Of a stretch of 64,000 nucleotides of DNA, positions 12,808 to 25,300 are shown in pieces. The stretch spans positions 372,001-436,000 of the forward strand of contig OZ237757.1 in assembly GCA_965178125.1 (NCBI GenBank), written 5' to 3'. The DNA comes from Bilabrum cf. latius (Eukaryota). The translations under genes were made by a program, and so were the position numbers. Below the pieces are notes generated by a model. That model worked only from the letters and a program-made list of their open reading frames with translations. It was not told where the DNA came from and did not search any database. Within the stretch, counting starts at the first letter, position 1, and every line of letters begins with the position of its first letter.

Positions 12808-15255
12808 ATGAGTGCTGCATCTGCCGCATCAGGAGGTGCTGCATCCAGTGGGTCGAGATCGAGAATGCCAGGTGGCACCTGTATTGCCATCTCCCGAGCC
12901 GTGCGCCTGTGGCAAGTGGACGACAAGCCAGGCGTTGAGGCACCACAGCTGAGCATGCCCGATGAGAAAAAACTGCGTCAAATCATTGATGTGCTGCCAG
13001 GAGCTGTTCCTCTCGTCACCTTCGCCATCAACGGCAGGGCGCGAGCAGGCAAGAGCACCACCATGAACTACGCCCTGGCATGGCTGCTGAAGAACGCATA
13101 CGCCGAGCCAGTCAGCGAGGACAGCGTCAAGCACACCGATGGATCCAAAGTGGAATTCGAGCCATGCAAGGTCAGCGGGGCCCGCGTTCCCTCCCTCTTC
13201 AAGACGTCCGATTCCGTCCAGCCGTGCACGCGCGGTGCAGACGGAGTGTTCGTGCATCTGCCGAAAGGCGCATTCGGGCAGACCACGGACATTGTGGTGC
13301 TGCTGATCGACTGCGAGGGATCGGGCGCAGAGGCCAAGGAGCGCGACAACCGGACGGTGCTTCCGGCTCTGGTGCTGTCAGCTCGAGGTGGCCTGGTGTT
13401 CGCTCAGCGAGACGCCATCACCCGGAATGCTGCACTGGACGCGATCGAGCCCATCGTGGAGATGGCGAAGGTCGTGCAAAGTGGACAACCGAGCAAGCCC
13501 AAAGCAATGAAAGGCCGTTCTTCTGCCCATCGGGTGCCAAGTGCCAGGTCCAGAATGGGCCGCATGTCCATCGTACACTTCATGGCGGGAAAACTCGCAC
13601 CTGCTGATGAAATGGAAAAACTCAAGGCCGCCGTCTTCAAGTACGAGCCAACCTCAGAGGCTGGAAGTGATGGCCGCAATAAGAAGCGAAGGATCCTCAA
13701 GCCGGCCTTCCGGTCCCTCGGCCTCGCCCAGCTGCCTGCCGTAGTGTGGAGCAGGAGGACAGGAAAAGTGCCAGCATCCTAGCAGCATCGGCTGCAAGAG
13801 GCACTGCATGGTTTACTTTGCAATGTGCTCGCCGACGAACTGCACGAGGTGGGAACGGGATATCTGCTCGGCGATAAACGCCTGCCCGCCTGCCCAGCAA
13901 GCTTGCTGCCGGCACTGAGCGCTATCATGGCGGGCGCAAATCGGGTCATGGACGTCACCCACATCGACGGTTCAACCATCCGAGACAAGCTACAGGCTGC
14001 AGCGCGCCATGCCGCGGAGAGGTCCTTGCGCAAGGCCATCGGGGCCGTGCAGGCTGCAGCTGAGGGGACCCCGGGCTGCAGGAGCGGGTTTCAGGCTGCG
14101 CTCCGATAGATCCGAAGCTCCGGTGCCATCGATTGCTTGCAGAAGAAGCTCTGTAAGCACGTCGAGTCCAAAGCAATGGAAGCTGCTCGCAAAGCAACTG
14201 GAGTTTACCCGGAGGAGCTGGCCTCGATTCGCCGCACCATCAGCCAAATGGTTGGCAGGGCGCTCGCCAATGTCCAGGACAGGATCATGCGCGACGTGGA
14301 GTAGGCCCAGGAAATGCTGTACCGTGAGCTGCTCAAGGCTGCCGAGACTGCCCAAGTGCATGGAAATGGTGTTACGAGCATTCGGCAGCTGCAGACCCTA
14401 TACGAACAGATCGGCAGGGAGGAGGACAGTCTGAGGGGGCACGACGATGGGTCCATGCGCCGGCGGGGCGCAAGGATCGATAGCATGTCCAGAGCGCTAC
14501 TCTCTTACCAGAAGGCTGATCAAGATGCTCGAAATGCATTCCAATATCACATGGACTCGCAGTACCAGCGGATCATTTCCGCGGTTGCCTCTGCCAAGAG
14601 AGCCGAGGAGCTGCGCGGAGCGGAAGCAGCAGCTCACGCGGTTCTACGTGCTGTCAAAACCACTGGCAGACTGCATTCATCCACAGCGCGACATGGAGCG
14701 GCTACAGTGGTGATCGGATGTGCTCAGGCTAAATACGGTTCTAGTCCTCCTCTGTTGTCGGCATGGAAAGACGCCAGATCCATGCTCGAGTACATCGACA
14801 CGGCCTCACGTGGAAACGTCAGGACGACCATTGCCATTGCGACGCAGAAGGGAGCGACTGTCAAGTTCGCCCAGGATGTCGTGGCATACGCCAAGACCGT
14901 GCTGAACCGCATGGAACAGTGGGACTGTGACGCCAAGGAGCAGCTCCGCCTGCAAAGGCAGAGGGAAGAGGAGGCGAGGCGGAGGCAACAAGCAGAGGAG
15001 GCGGCCAGAAGGGAGCAAGAGCGGCTAGCTGAGCAGCAGAGGAGGCGGAGAGAGGCCGAGGAGGAGGCCGAGCGGGAGCGGGAGCGGGAGCGTGAGCAGC
15101 GCCGTCGCTAGTAGATGATGATGCCTGGGATGGTCGTGATGGGTCCCGGCGGAATGCCGATGGTGATTCAAGGGGGCTTCGGTGGACCTTTCATCGGAGG
15201 GTTCGGTGGTGGCTTTGGTGGCGGCTTTGGTGGCGGCGGGTTCTACTATGGGTGA
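12808..15255 (+). CDS. GBP/atlastin-like large GTPase with coiled coil and Met/Gly/Phe-rich tail (copy B); 5 in-frame TAG
   Basis: The first ~193 aa are almost identical to copy A. The frame continues across TAGs at 13780, 14107, 14302, 15109 and 15112 to TGA at 15253-15255. Confidence 0.82.
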
Positions 15256-15292
15256 GGGCTACTGCAACTGCCAGCATCTAACTACAGCTCCG

Positions 15293-15568
15293 TGACCTGC
15301 CAATGCCCACAACCTCAGACCAGCAGAATGAACTCGGAGCCAATAATAATTTTGTGGGCATTTATTGTCTCGATTTATTGTTCAATCAGTATCTCATTAG
15401 GTTACACGTCTGGTTTCTCACTGGCCTCTACTGCTGTGCGATTGCAGCTTTCGGAACATCCGGATATTCACGAAATTCGCAGTCGCAACAGCAGGTATCG
15501 GTGCAGCTCTCGTGCCAGTAGCCCTTTCTGTGCCCGTGCTTGGCTTGTTACTGTTCGCGGGTGGAGCA
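15293..15568 (+). pseudogene. Decayed, internally deleted duplicate of the 5' region of the MFS gene
   Basis: Shares blocks with 19725-20200, e.g. gacctgccaatgcccacaa, cgtctggtttctcactggcctcta and ggtgcagctctcgtgccagtagccctttctgtgcccgtgcttggctt. The ATG is lost and the frame is shifted. Confidence 0.8.
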
Positions 15569-15936
15569 TTCAACATCGCTAACCAAATTCCGCCTAATCC
15601 TTTAGCGTTACGCTGAGCGGGCTGTTCGGCAGGCGGTAGACGGCGGGAGACTGTGCGCAGCGCAGCCTCGTGGCAGTCCCAGACAAGAAAGAAAAAAAGC
15701 GCCCTTCGACAACGAGGACCACCGCGGTACTCACACTGTACCATGCATGCGGCAGGCCGGTCTGACCTCATCGTCACTTTTTCCACATTCCAGCGCAGCG
15801 CAAGCGGCGCGGCAAGAGGCTGGGTGATCCGGCAGTCCGCAGTAATTATATACACTTCAAACCGAGCCTTCGGCATATCTGTTGCGTGACAGACACAGCG
15901 AATATTGCTCCTGTATTTGTGTGCGAATCCAAAGGA

Positions 15937-17919
15937 TTAGTCCCACTGACTTTCATTCTGCCCCAGAGCTTGTGTGATGTTGCCCCATAGCAGCGTCACG
16001 TTGTAGTAGTACGAATCCCTGTCGATCTCTGATTTTTTCGAGCCCGTTCTGCACAAGGACGACCACGCCTTTCTACTGTAACCGCACGGTTGGCTCGGAC
16101 CGGCGTCGCGCCCGATCGCGATTTTCAGTCGCTAGTAGGGCAGCTCCAGTGTCTCGGCGAGCATTGGGAAGAACTGGTGACCCCACCCTTCGGCTGGTTT
16201 AAGCTCGAATACCCGTGCCCCATCTGGCAAGAAGAGCATGTTGGATAGGCCGGCTCCATGCACCCCTACGAGGGCAGCCGTGCTGCGGTGGGCAAGCTGA
16301 CGAGCCGTGTCTACGGTGCTCACACCATCTTCCAGTGTCTCGCAGACGAACTACGGTGGGCAAGTAGCCAATAACTCAAGGATATTGATAATTCGCCTCC
16401 TCTTCGAGCGGTTAATGATAACGATCCGCCGCTTCCCAGGCACTACCACCCTCGACTCGTTGAAGCTGGACACTGCGGCCCACACGGGCGTATGCTCCTC
16501 CGACGATCCGGCGGTTATGTGGAAGACATTCGCCTGGCTTGCCGACAGGGGCGGAACTTCCTGGTCGTCGGATGGTCCGTACTTGCCGACCTGCAAGTAG
16601 TGCTAGATGTCGTCCCTCACGTAGCCGAAGCGCGGGTAGTGGCTCGGGTCTCTCGCCGGCCGCATCACCCCAACGACGAGGTTGGGCAGGAAAATCGGGC
16701 GGTGCTGCGTCGCTCCTTGGAGTAGCATCGCCGAAGTCGTGATCGGGACAGGACTCAGCATGCCTGCAAACGGTAGCTTGCCCAGATTCGAGTAGTGCCG
16801 TGGGCTGGGCATGGAAACTACTGCAGGTGGCCACATGACTCGCCTATCTCGGTCGTACACCGCTCCTAGCATATTCAACGTCACCAGTGCAGAAAAAAAC
16901 CCATCGATCATGTCGTGGTAGAAGGCTCCAAGGTACCACTGCTGGAACATGAGGACCAGAGGCGCGATCGGAACTTGATTCTGCTGCTGGTGGCCACCGT
17001 GATCATTCGTTCTGCCGATGGAATGGCTGGAACGAAGCGTTCGCCGCATCTTTGTTGAATCAAATGGCTAGTGCTGCCACAAGCATGGAGCTTTGGCAAC
17101 TGTACGGGAGCTGTTCAGCGGCATGTACGCTGAGCTCAGGTTCTTCGTTGCCATGATGCTCTCGGCTTGCAGAACGGCGTCCGCGCTAACGAATCGCAGT
17201 GGATCTAGTCGCTCGCTTACAGGCACTGCCAACGAAGTGTTTACACTCTGAAGCTGCAGGGTACTTTTGGTCCATTCGCGACCGTTGGGAGGTAGCATAG
17301 GGATAGATACCCCACCAGGCATGGTGGCACCTGCCGGGAGGCCTTTCCACCATCTAAGCCGTTCGTGCTGAACGCTAGAAGGGGCCACTTTGTCCCTCAA
17401 GTTGTCCGTGTGAGTTGATGGAACCAGCAGACCCTCGTAAATTGCCTGTTGCTGCTCGCACTGCAGGGATGACAGCTCCCGGACGTGCGGCGCAGGAGCA
17501 GAGCCGGTCGCGGCAGCGTTGGCGGTGGTGCACGGAAGCGCCACATACTTGGGATCCGCAATCGCTCCAGGCTACCACAGGGCTGCATTTGTTTTATCCA
17601 GTTGTTGCCAACCGAGAGACACCCTAATGCTCACCTTCGCAGCTTCCCTAAACGTAAGAATTGCCTCACTCGCGAGCCATTCGCCCGTTTTCTGGGCATC
17701 GCCCATACAGATGCTTTTAATTTGTGATAGAGTCGGCTCGCTTGCGTTCCACTGTGCCTCTGTGAGCTCATATTGCACCTTATCTGGAGTGAGTAGATCT
17801 ACTGTATTGGTCCATCCCAATGCACGGATGCAAAGGGCCGCAAGAAGGAGTACAGTAGACGCCATGAGGATTGCTACCACAAAAGGCTTATTCTTCTCGG
17901 TGGTATCCAAAGGATTCAT
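15937..17919 (-). CDS. Type II membrane glycosyltransferase, GT61 family (EOGT/xylosyltransferase-like); 5 in-frame TAG
   Basis: N-terminal TM segment. Motifs FYHDMID, IINRSKRRRIINILEL and ALVGVHGAGLSNMLFLPDGARVFEL. Five same-frame track ORFs are separated only by TAG. Ends in TAA at 15937-15939. Confidence 0.88.
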
Positions 17920-19524
17920 CTTAACCCTAAAGATTCATACGTGTACAGCCTGCAGCAGCAGAATTTGCGGCAATCACACGCAACAACTCAAATGGTTCCC
18001 GAATGAGACACACACCAAAGCCGCAGCATGCGGAAGTAAGCACTGTTTGAAACATGTTAAGCGCTTGTCAGGTTTACTCACGCTTGAGCGGTGCGTACTT
18101 ATTTCTTGATAGGAGTGAGGAGCCGAGCCACGCCTGACGGCCGTCTGGTATTGGCTCAGTTACGTGCACAGCGATTCATCAGTCATGATTCCACGACAAC
18201 CGCTGCAATTGGGTGGAAATAGATTTCGACTCGGATCAAAAAATCACAGCAACAAGCTAGATCTAGCCGAAAGTATAATAAATCAAATGATAATTATTTC
18301 TGTTTTGTATTGTGGTGCGCGAGGCGTGCCTGAGCGAGACGTATTAGAGTTGATATGTTGTAGGATGTTTGGTCACGGCAGAAGCCGCCCTGGTGCCTCA
18401 TCCGGATCTGCCGCAATATAGGGTCTAAATCAATTTCCTTGGTTACTAAGGTTGAAACGACGGGCAGCAGAGATTATCAGAAAGTCATGTTGAGCGCGGA
18501 CGAGGCGGAGAGGAACCAGAGCGGACACAGGCACATGCGACGATAGCGCGGTGCCAATGGGACAACATAACAATAGGAAGGGGGCTGCAGGTGCCAGGTA
18601 CGAGGGAGACGAAAGTGGCAGCGGGCTGCATGGCCAGCAGCGCACAAAAGAGGCCAACAGGCGGGTGGACGGATGGGACGCATGACAGATCGGCCAGGAC
18701 CTGTGCGTGAGCTGAGAGGATATGGCCAAGGTGGCGATGCAGGGAGCAGCGCACAAGGTACGGGAACAGGAAGCCATGCAAAGACAAGACCAGTCGACTT
18801 GCATCAGGAAAGTGTCGTGTTCATTCGTAGGATCAGAGGTATTCCGCATTCAGACGGGCGGGTGAAGACCCAGTCGTTCGGGGTAGAGCCCAGTAGGTCT
18901 GCGAGAGCGGGGCCATGAATGCTTCATTTTTCCCATGTGCTGACCAGCAGGGATGGTAGCAGTCGTGAAGTTGAGCCAATGGGTGTCTGATCTGTAGTAT
19001 AGGAACAAGGGGCAAGCAGGGGTGGGTATGATGTGGCCAATGTCGGAATGAATGGTCGTGTAGGTCCACTTGTTTTCAGTTTCCGGTTGACCCAAAGTAT
19101 CAGGAGTTTTTTTAGGCGTTTAAAAACTGCGAACAGTGGGATAATGAAGGCGGGATCTGGGGCCGGTATGGCGTTCGCGGCGTGTGCAAGACGCAGTCCG
19201 GGGGCACCCCGCGAATCGGTGGTCCGCTCTCAACTCCCGAGAGCCCTCGGCAGCATATGTACGAGGCAAGCCAGAAAAAGATAGCGTTTCAGCAAACCCG
19301 AGGATCCCGGCCCCCTTGTGCGAAGGATGACCTGCCGGGCGCACGCAAAGGCCATGGAACGCCGCTACTTTTTTCCGACCCCGCCGCCGCTGCGCACCCA
19401 CTAGGGAGCCGTGTCCTTATAAATCCGTATCCGCGAAGGTAAGTGCGGGATGTACGCGCGGTGCGCGCGGTGCGTGCGGACGGAAGCCAAGGGTGTCTGC
19501 TGTTGCAAGCGGCAGCGAGTCTCT

Positions 19525-19680
19525 CAGTCGTGCCCGACGCACGCCAATTTGGGAAATGGCCTCGGGAAGCGGCTCCTGGGCGCCCAGGTTTTTCTATGGG
19601 TGCAGTCGTGCCCGACGCACGCCAATTTGGGAAATGGCCTCGGGAAGCGGCTCCTGGGCGCCCAGGTTTTTCTATGGGTG
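19525..19680. repeat. Perfect 78-bp tandem duplication upstream of the MFS gene
   Basis: The unit cagtcgtgcccgacgc...tttctatgggtg starts at 19525 and again at 19603. Confidence 0.92.
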
Positions 19681-19878
19681 AGAGCAATTGCAGCTGCCAC
19701 CAGCGGGGCTCAACCACCGCTCCCTGACCTGCCAATGCCCACAATGCAACCCCTGGCCAGCCAGAATGAACTCGGAGCCATCAGCCACCGTTCTCCATTG
19801 CTCGAAAATCAAGATTCGTTCGTTCGTTCGTTATTACGGGCGATTTTTTGCTTGAGTTTATTGTTCGATCAGTATACC

Positions 19879-21801
19879 ATGCGGTTATACGTCTGGTTTC
19901 TCACTGGCCTCTATTGCTGCGCGTTTGCAGTTTTGGGGGCTTTGATTGCTTCGCTTGGGCCAGTGCTCCCAGAGATCGCGGCGCAAGTCAACGTCGGGAT
20001 TCGTGGGACTGGCCCAGCGTGGCTTGCTCGTTCAGCTGGCTATTTGGTCGGTTCCTTTTCAGGACCCTTGTATGATTTGGCTTGGATGGCGCCGAACATT
20101 TTCACGGGATTCGCAGTGGCAACAGCAGGTATTGGTGCAGCTCTCGTGCCAGTAGCCCTTTCTGTGCCCGTGCTTGGCTTATTGCTGTTCGCGGGTGGTG
20201 CTGGTATGGGGGTGCTTGACTCTGGTGTGAACGTGTCGCTGCTGTGGCTCTATGCAGCAGAAGAGGAAACTATGTCGGCCCGTGGCCAGGCCGAACCACG
20301 CGACGTAGCAGCTGCAGGCGGAGAGGACTCGACAGAATCTCAAACCAACGACAAGCAGCACGAACAAGCTGGCGGTGCAGCGGAATCCGCAATGCAAGCG
20401 CTCCACTTCGCGTTCGCTGCCGGTGCCGTTCTGTCCCCACTCGGGCTCCAGTACGCAACCGAGCAGCACAGAGATCAACTGGACGAAGCGAGCAGCAATA
20501 GCACCGCAGATGCCGAGTCAGGCCGTCGAGAATTGGTCGACAATGGATTTTGGAGGTAGGCAACAGCTGCAATTTCAGCGTCGTCCTCGGGGTCGATCAC
20601 AAGGGAAGACATCCTGGATGACGGTGCCTTGGGGCTGCCATTCTACGCTCCTGTTTTCTTTGCAATGGGTGCGGTTGGGCTGCTCATCGCGCTGTGTATT
20701 TGCTGCACGCCGAGTCCACCGCGGCCGTGGGAGCGAGAGAAGAAAGTAAAGGGCTCGGGTGATGACGAGACTGCGCTGGCGGGGGCCGGTGAGGGGTTGA
20801 ACGGCGGGGGTGCTGCCGCCGCTGCTGCAACCACTCAAGTCAGTCAAGACTCAGACGGTGCATCGTTCGGTGCAAACGTTAGCAGCAGTTCGCTTGCGGT
20901 AGCTTCTGCCAGCGATTCTGAAGCGAAAGGCCGTGCTGCCGACATCGAGATGGTCGCAGTTGAGCCACAGGGCGTCGCACCGAGCCCAAGATCGGACCAG
21001 GGATCGGATCAAGGATCGGATCAAGGATCGGGTCAAAGCAAGGCGTGCAGCTGCTGCTGGGGAGGGTGTTCTCCGTACGACCACCACCGATGGGTGCTTA
21101 TCAGCATTTTGGCAGTGCTGCTTGGGCTTTACGTCGGGTGTGAGGCTGGGTATGGTGGGTTCGTGTCGACCTTCGCGCGGTACAAATTGGGCTGGACAGC
21201 GACGCAGGCGCAGACCCTAGCTGCGGTGTTCTGGGCGGCGGTGGCGGTGGGACGACTGGCAAGCGTGTGGGTGGCGCGTTGCCTGTCATCCGAGTGGATG
21301 ATTTGCCTTGCCGTGGGCGGGTCGGCAGGCTCAGCCGGTCTCCTGTGGCTGCTCCTGGGACACGGTGCGGGCGGTGGTGTCGCGACGATCGGTGGTGGTG
21401 TTGAAGATGTGCTACTGTGGGCGCTATCTGCGGCGGTGGGTCTCTCGATGGCAAATGTGTTCCCTACAGCGATTTCACTCGCGGAGGGGTACACCTCAGT
21501 GGAGGGCAGGCACGCCACATTGCTGATTGTAGGGTCTGCCACGGGCGAGATGCTACTGCCGTACTGCATTGCATTTTTGACTGGGAATGAGGTGGAGGGG
21601 GGAGAAGGAGGAGCTGGAGGGAGCGGGCAAGGCCTGGACGGGGTTGACGACGACATTAGCGGGGCGGCGGCGGTTGGCACTGACGGTGAGCCCGCGGCGA
21701 TTTTCGCTGTGGTGGGTATTGGCTGCATCGGACAGCTGGTATTGCTTGCAATCGCCATGTGGTGGGGAAGGCGTGGGATTGGATTAGCTGAGAATAAGTG
21801 A
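19879..21801 (+). CDS. Major facilitator superfamily transporter (MFSD4/FucP-like); 1 in-frame TAG; start uncertain
   Basis: Multiple TM helices. Motifs ASLGPVLPEIA, ARSAGYLVGS, GLYVGCEAGYGGF and FWAAVAVGRL. TAG at 20557-20559 joins the two halves. Ends in TGA. Confidence 0.85.
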
Positions 21802-22326
21802 TAGTGTCAATGCATCAGGCATTCTTTGTTGGTGCGACCAAAGGTTCACGAGCTGCGACCATATCGATCGTGCAATGCACTCACGCCAACGGATGCAGTA
21901 ATCTCTTTACGTACATACCATGAGCTCCCAATACAAGTTTGGGGGCGCTAAGAAAAAGCTAGATGACGTTGATATTATACCTCGCCTTCCAAAGCACCCA
22001 AGTTTGCAGGAAACTGCCAGAATGACCTGGTAGCAAAGTGCAATAATTGTGCAGAATCCGGATAAGCCGCAACCAGGTGCGTCCTTACGAGAAATAATTG
22101 GATTGCTGATTGTTATGGTTGTATATTATTGTGAGCATCACACGACTTTGATCGTTTAGTCCTCGCAGATGATGATCCAGACTCGGCAATGCAGTAGCTG
22201 CTGAATGGGATCTCGCCTGCTGGAGAGCACAAACAGTCGGAAGGAGGCTCAGACTTCTTATTGAATTAGATTTTAGCAAAATCAGGTCAATGCTCACCCT
22301 CGAAAAAGACCAAGCCGTCCCCAGCT

Positions 22327-25300
22327 ATGCGCACACGCAAGCGTCGCGTAGAGCGGAGCGAGCAGGCCACGGCAATCAGGCTCGCCCAGCGGCTGAAAGA
22401 CGATGTGGCCACAAATAGCGGTGTTAACCCCGAAGAATTGCGGGTTTATGAACAGGAGCATAACATGCGCGACCCTCTAGCCGAGCGGGCAATGAGGGCG
22501 ACCGCCAGACCATCCACTCAAGCGGGCAAGTCCTCGTTCTCGAGCTCCATTCGGGGCAGGGTGCACGAAGCCCACAAGAGGCGACAGGCAATGCAGCGGA
22601 GGATCCGCGAGGAAGAGCAAGCGCAGGCGATCAGGGAGGCCGACCGCCGCGCGAGGAAACTCGTCAGGAAAGCTCTCCGGCAGGCCACTCGTCACACTGC
22701 AGCAAGCCGTGCGGGCTAGTCAGGCAGGGCGCCGCCCGCGCCCCTCGCACGGCCCGGCGTTCTTTCTCCCGGGCGCGGCGGGGTAGAGGACGCATCCGAG
22801 ACGCCGGCGGGCAGGGTCTTCGTCCCGTTCCAAGGGGTCCTCGCCCACAGCGGACGGCAGTACAACTCCTCGAGCAGCGACAGTTCCGGTTACCAGGACA
22901 CGGATTCGGAATCGGATTCACACCTGTCATTTCCGTCCGAACCGGGAAGCAAAGCGGGGGCGGCCCCTCCTAGGATCGTGATGCCCGGCCGCAAATGGTC
23001 CATCGCCCGGTCCGTGCAGGGTGCCTCGCCAAGGTCAGTGTTCAGTCAGTCGATCAGCGAGCGGATCTCGATGAGGCAGAGGAGGGAAGACAGGGGAAGG
23101 AAAGTCTCTTTGCTTCATAGGTAGGGCAGCATGGGCATCGCGGACGATGAGGCTGACAGCGTGCACGTGGGCCGGGCGAGGGCAGACAGCGTCTTCTCCA
23201 TCGCCCGAGGAAAATTCGGAGCCGGAAATCCCAAGCGGGGCAGCCAGCAGAAGGGCCGCGGGAGGAGAGGCTCACAGGCAAGCCTACTCTCAGAGATCGA
23301 GTCCCCGAGCGCGCGCGCGTCTGGCCGTCCTGTGCACTCCTTCAAGTCGCCGCAGGCGCCCGTGTGGAGAGAGAAGAAATCCAAGGCGGCTAGATGGGCA
23401 GAGGAATTCGGAGCCAAAACCATGACCAGGAAGGAAGAATTCGAGCTCAGCCGCAGGGCAGGTGGCTTCGCTGAGGCCCAGGAGAGCCTCGACGACCGCG
23501 TCGGCTTCGGTCAGGACATGGCTGACGCGCACGCTCAATAGCTTCTTGCAGCAGGTCTACCAGGCGGGTAGGCTGCGGAAGACAGGAGAAATAAGAGGTC
23601 CAAGCGTGGAAAACTAGAACGCTCCATGTCAAAGAAAGCGAAGGAAGACAAGCCCTACATCATGGCGCTGGGCAAGGCCTCCCGACAGCCAGGTGCCGCG
23701 CCCTACTCCCAACCGGCTGTGATGAAGCAATACTACGAGCACATGGCAACGCTGGCCGCATCTACGAATCGACAAGGCGGTGAAATAGCTGGCGATGGCC
23801 GATAGAGCGTATCTCGATCACATCGGTAGGAGCTGGGAGGCGTGAGCCCCAGCAGCGTGTTCAGCATCGACCGGCTGCATTCCGCCATAGGACGGCGAAA
23901 GCGCGACCAGTCCGGTGCGCAGGCCGAAGACCACCGAGTTCAGAGGGCCGTGGAGGCAGGGACGGCAGAGGCTGTTCTGTACGTCCTCGGGGCTCTGGCA
24001 AGGCAGCCGCACCCTGTGAGAGCCAGGCAATTCGTGGAAGCTGTGCGCACTCTATGTAACAACTTGCAGGGAGCCACACAGCGCGCGAGTAGCGGGGTGA
24101 GACAGAGCCAGAGCGGAGCAAAGGGGGATGCAGACGACGGGAAGGATCCTATCGAGATGCTGAGCCCTTCGCAGCAGGAAGCCATCTCGACCTCCGCGGC
24201 CCTCATGCTGGGCGTGCAGCCCGCACAACCAGCCGCAACTGGCACTGGCTCAGGTTCGGGCCCCCGTTCAGCGGCTACATCGATGCGAGGCGGCGCACGG
24301 AGAAGGTCCATCGGAGACCAGGCACCACCGCCAGTGTTCGACAAGGTAAGGTATGAGAGCATGCTGCAGCTGGCCGCCGAACTAGCCCTTGCAGTTCCCG
24401 GCTCTGTGTCTACGGAGAGATCCGCCCGCAAGCTGTTTGAGAGCGACCCCACCCAGTTTGAGGAGTGCATTCGGAGAGTCTCGGTCCAAGCCGCGTATTC
24501 GCTCGTGTCTGGGGTGCTTGCTCAGCTCGTGTCATCGCTCGTGCCCGTTAGGAACGAGCAAGAAGCCACCATCCGTAGTGCCCTGCATGCAACCGCCATG
24601 CAGAAAATCAGCGACGCCAAGGACGAAGCGGCGCTTGCAGAGGTTCCCAAGGATGTGGGGGAGGGTAACGTGCACATTGAGGCGGGTGGTAGGGCGGTTG
24701 CAACCGCAGGAATGCGAGACCTGGGCAGGGGACGGGAGCTGGACGGCATCTTCCGTCCCAAGTTCATGGCTGGTGCAGACGCTCTAGCAGCTACCGGCCA
24801 CCAGGGCAGCGCCTCGGGTAACGGGGCGGGTGACACCAGCGCAAACCTCGCGGATGGCAAATCGATCTCACAGGCAGTAGGTCTGGCCGGTGGTGGCGGC
24901 TCCATCGGTCGCCACGTGGAGTCTATCTCTGTGGCATCGGATGTCTCCGAGCAGAGCTCCAAGGCAAGCACTCCGGCTCGGATTGTCAGACAGAGCTCCC
25001 CGTCGAGTGGTCGAGCTCACGGGCAGTCTACGCTCAAGATAGGCGGCGCAGATCTTTTGCAGCCCAAGCGCAAGGGCGAAGATCACCTCGTGCAATCGCC
25101 GTTCGTCAGCCCTGAGGCGAAGGAGCTGCTGCAGGCAGGCTCGCTTCGAGTGGCAAAAAGAGTGCAAGCCAAGGGTAACTGGAGGCGGGTGGCGACTCAG
25201 TTCAAGGAACAGCCGCAGACAGCTTTGTCCATGGTACAAAAAGTCAAAGACGCAGCCGATGGTAATGTTGGGAAAGGTGCGGAGCAAAGCAGCGCTGATG

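Noticed and set aside
18134-18860. Third CCGTC...GACGG transposon
   Set aside because: Only 7 bp of terminal complementarity and non-matching flanks (GG versus GC). The 18.1-19.4 kb region remains unexplained.
19450-19878. N-terminal extension of the MFS protein suggested by the ORF track
   Set aside because: It runs through a 78-bp tandem duplication and non-protein-like sequence. The ATG at 19879 precedes the first TM helix.
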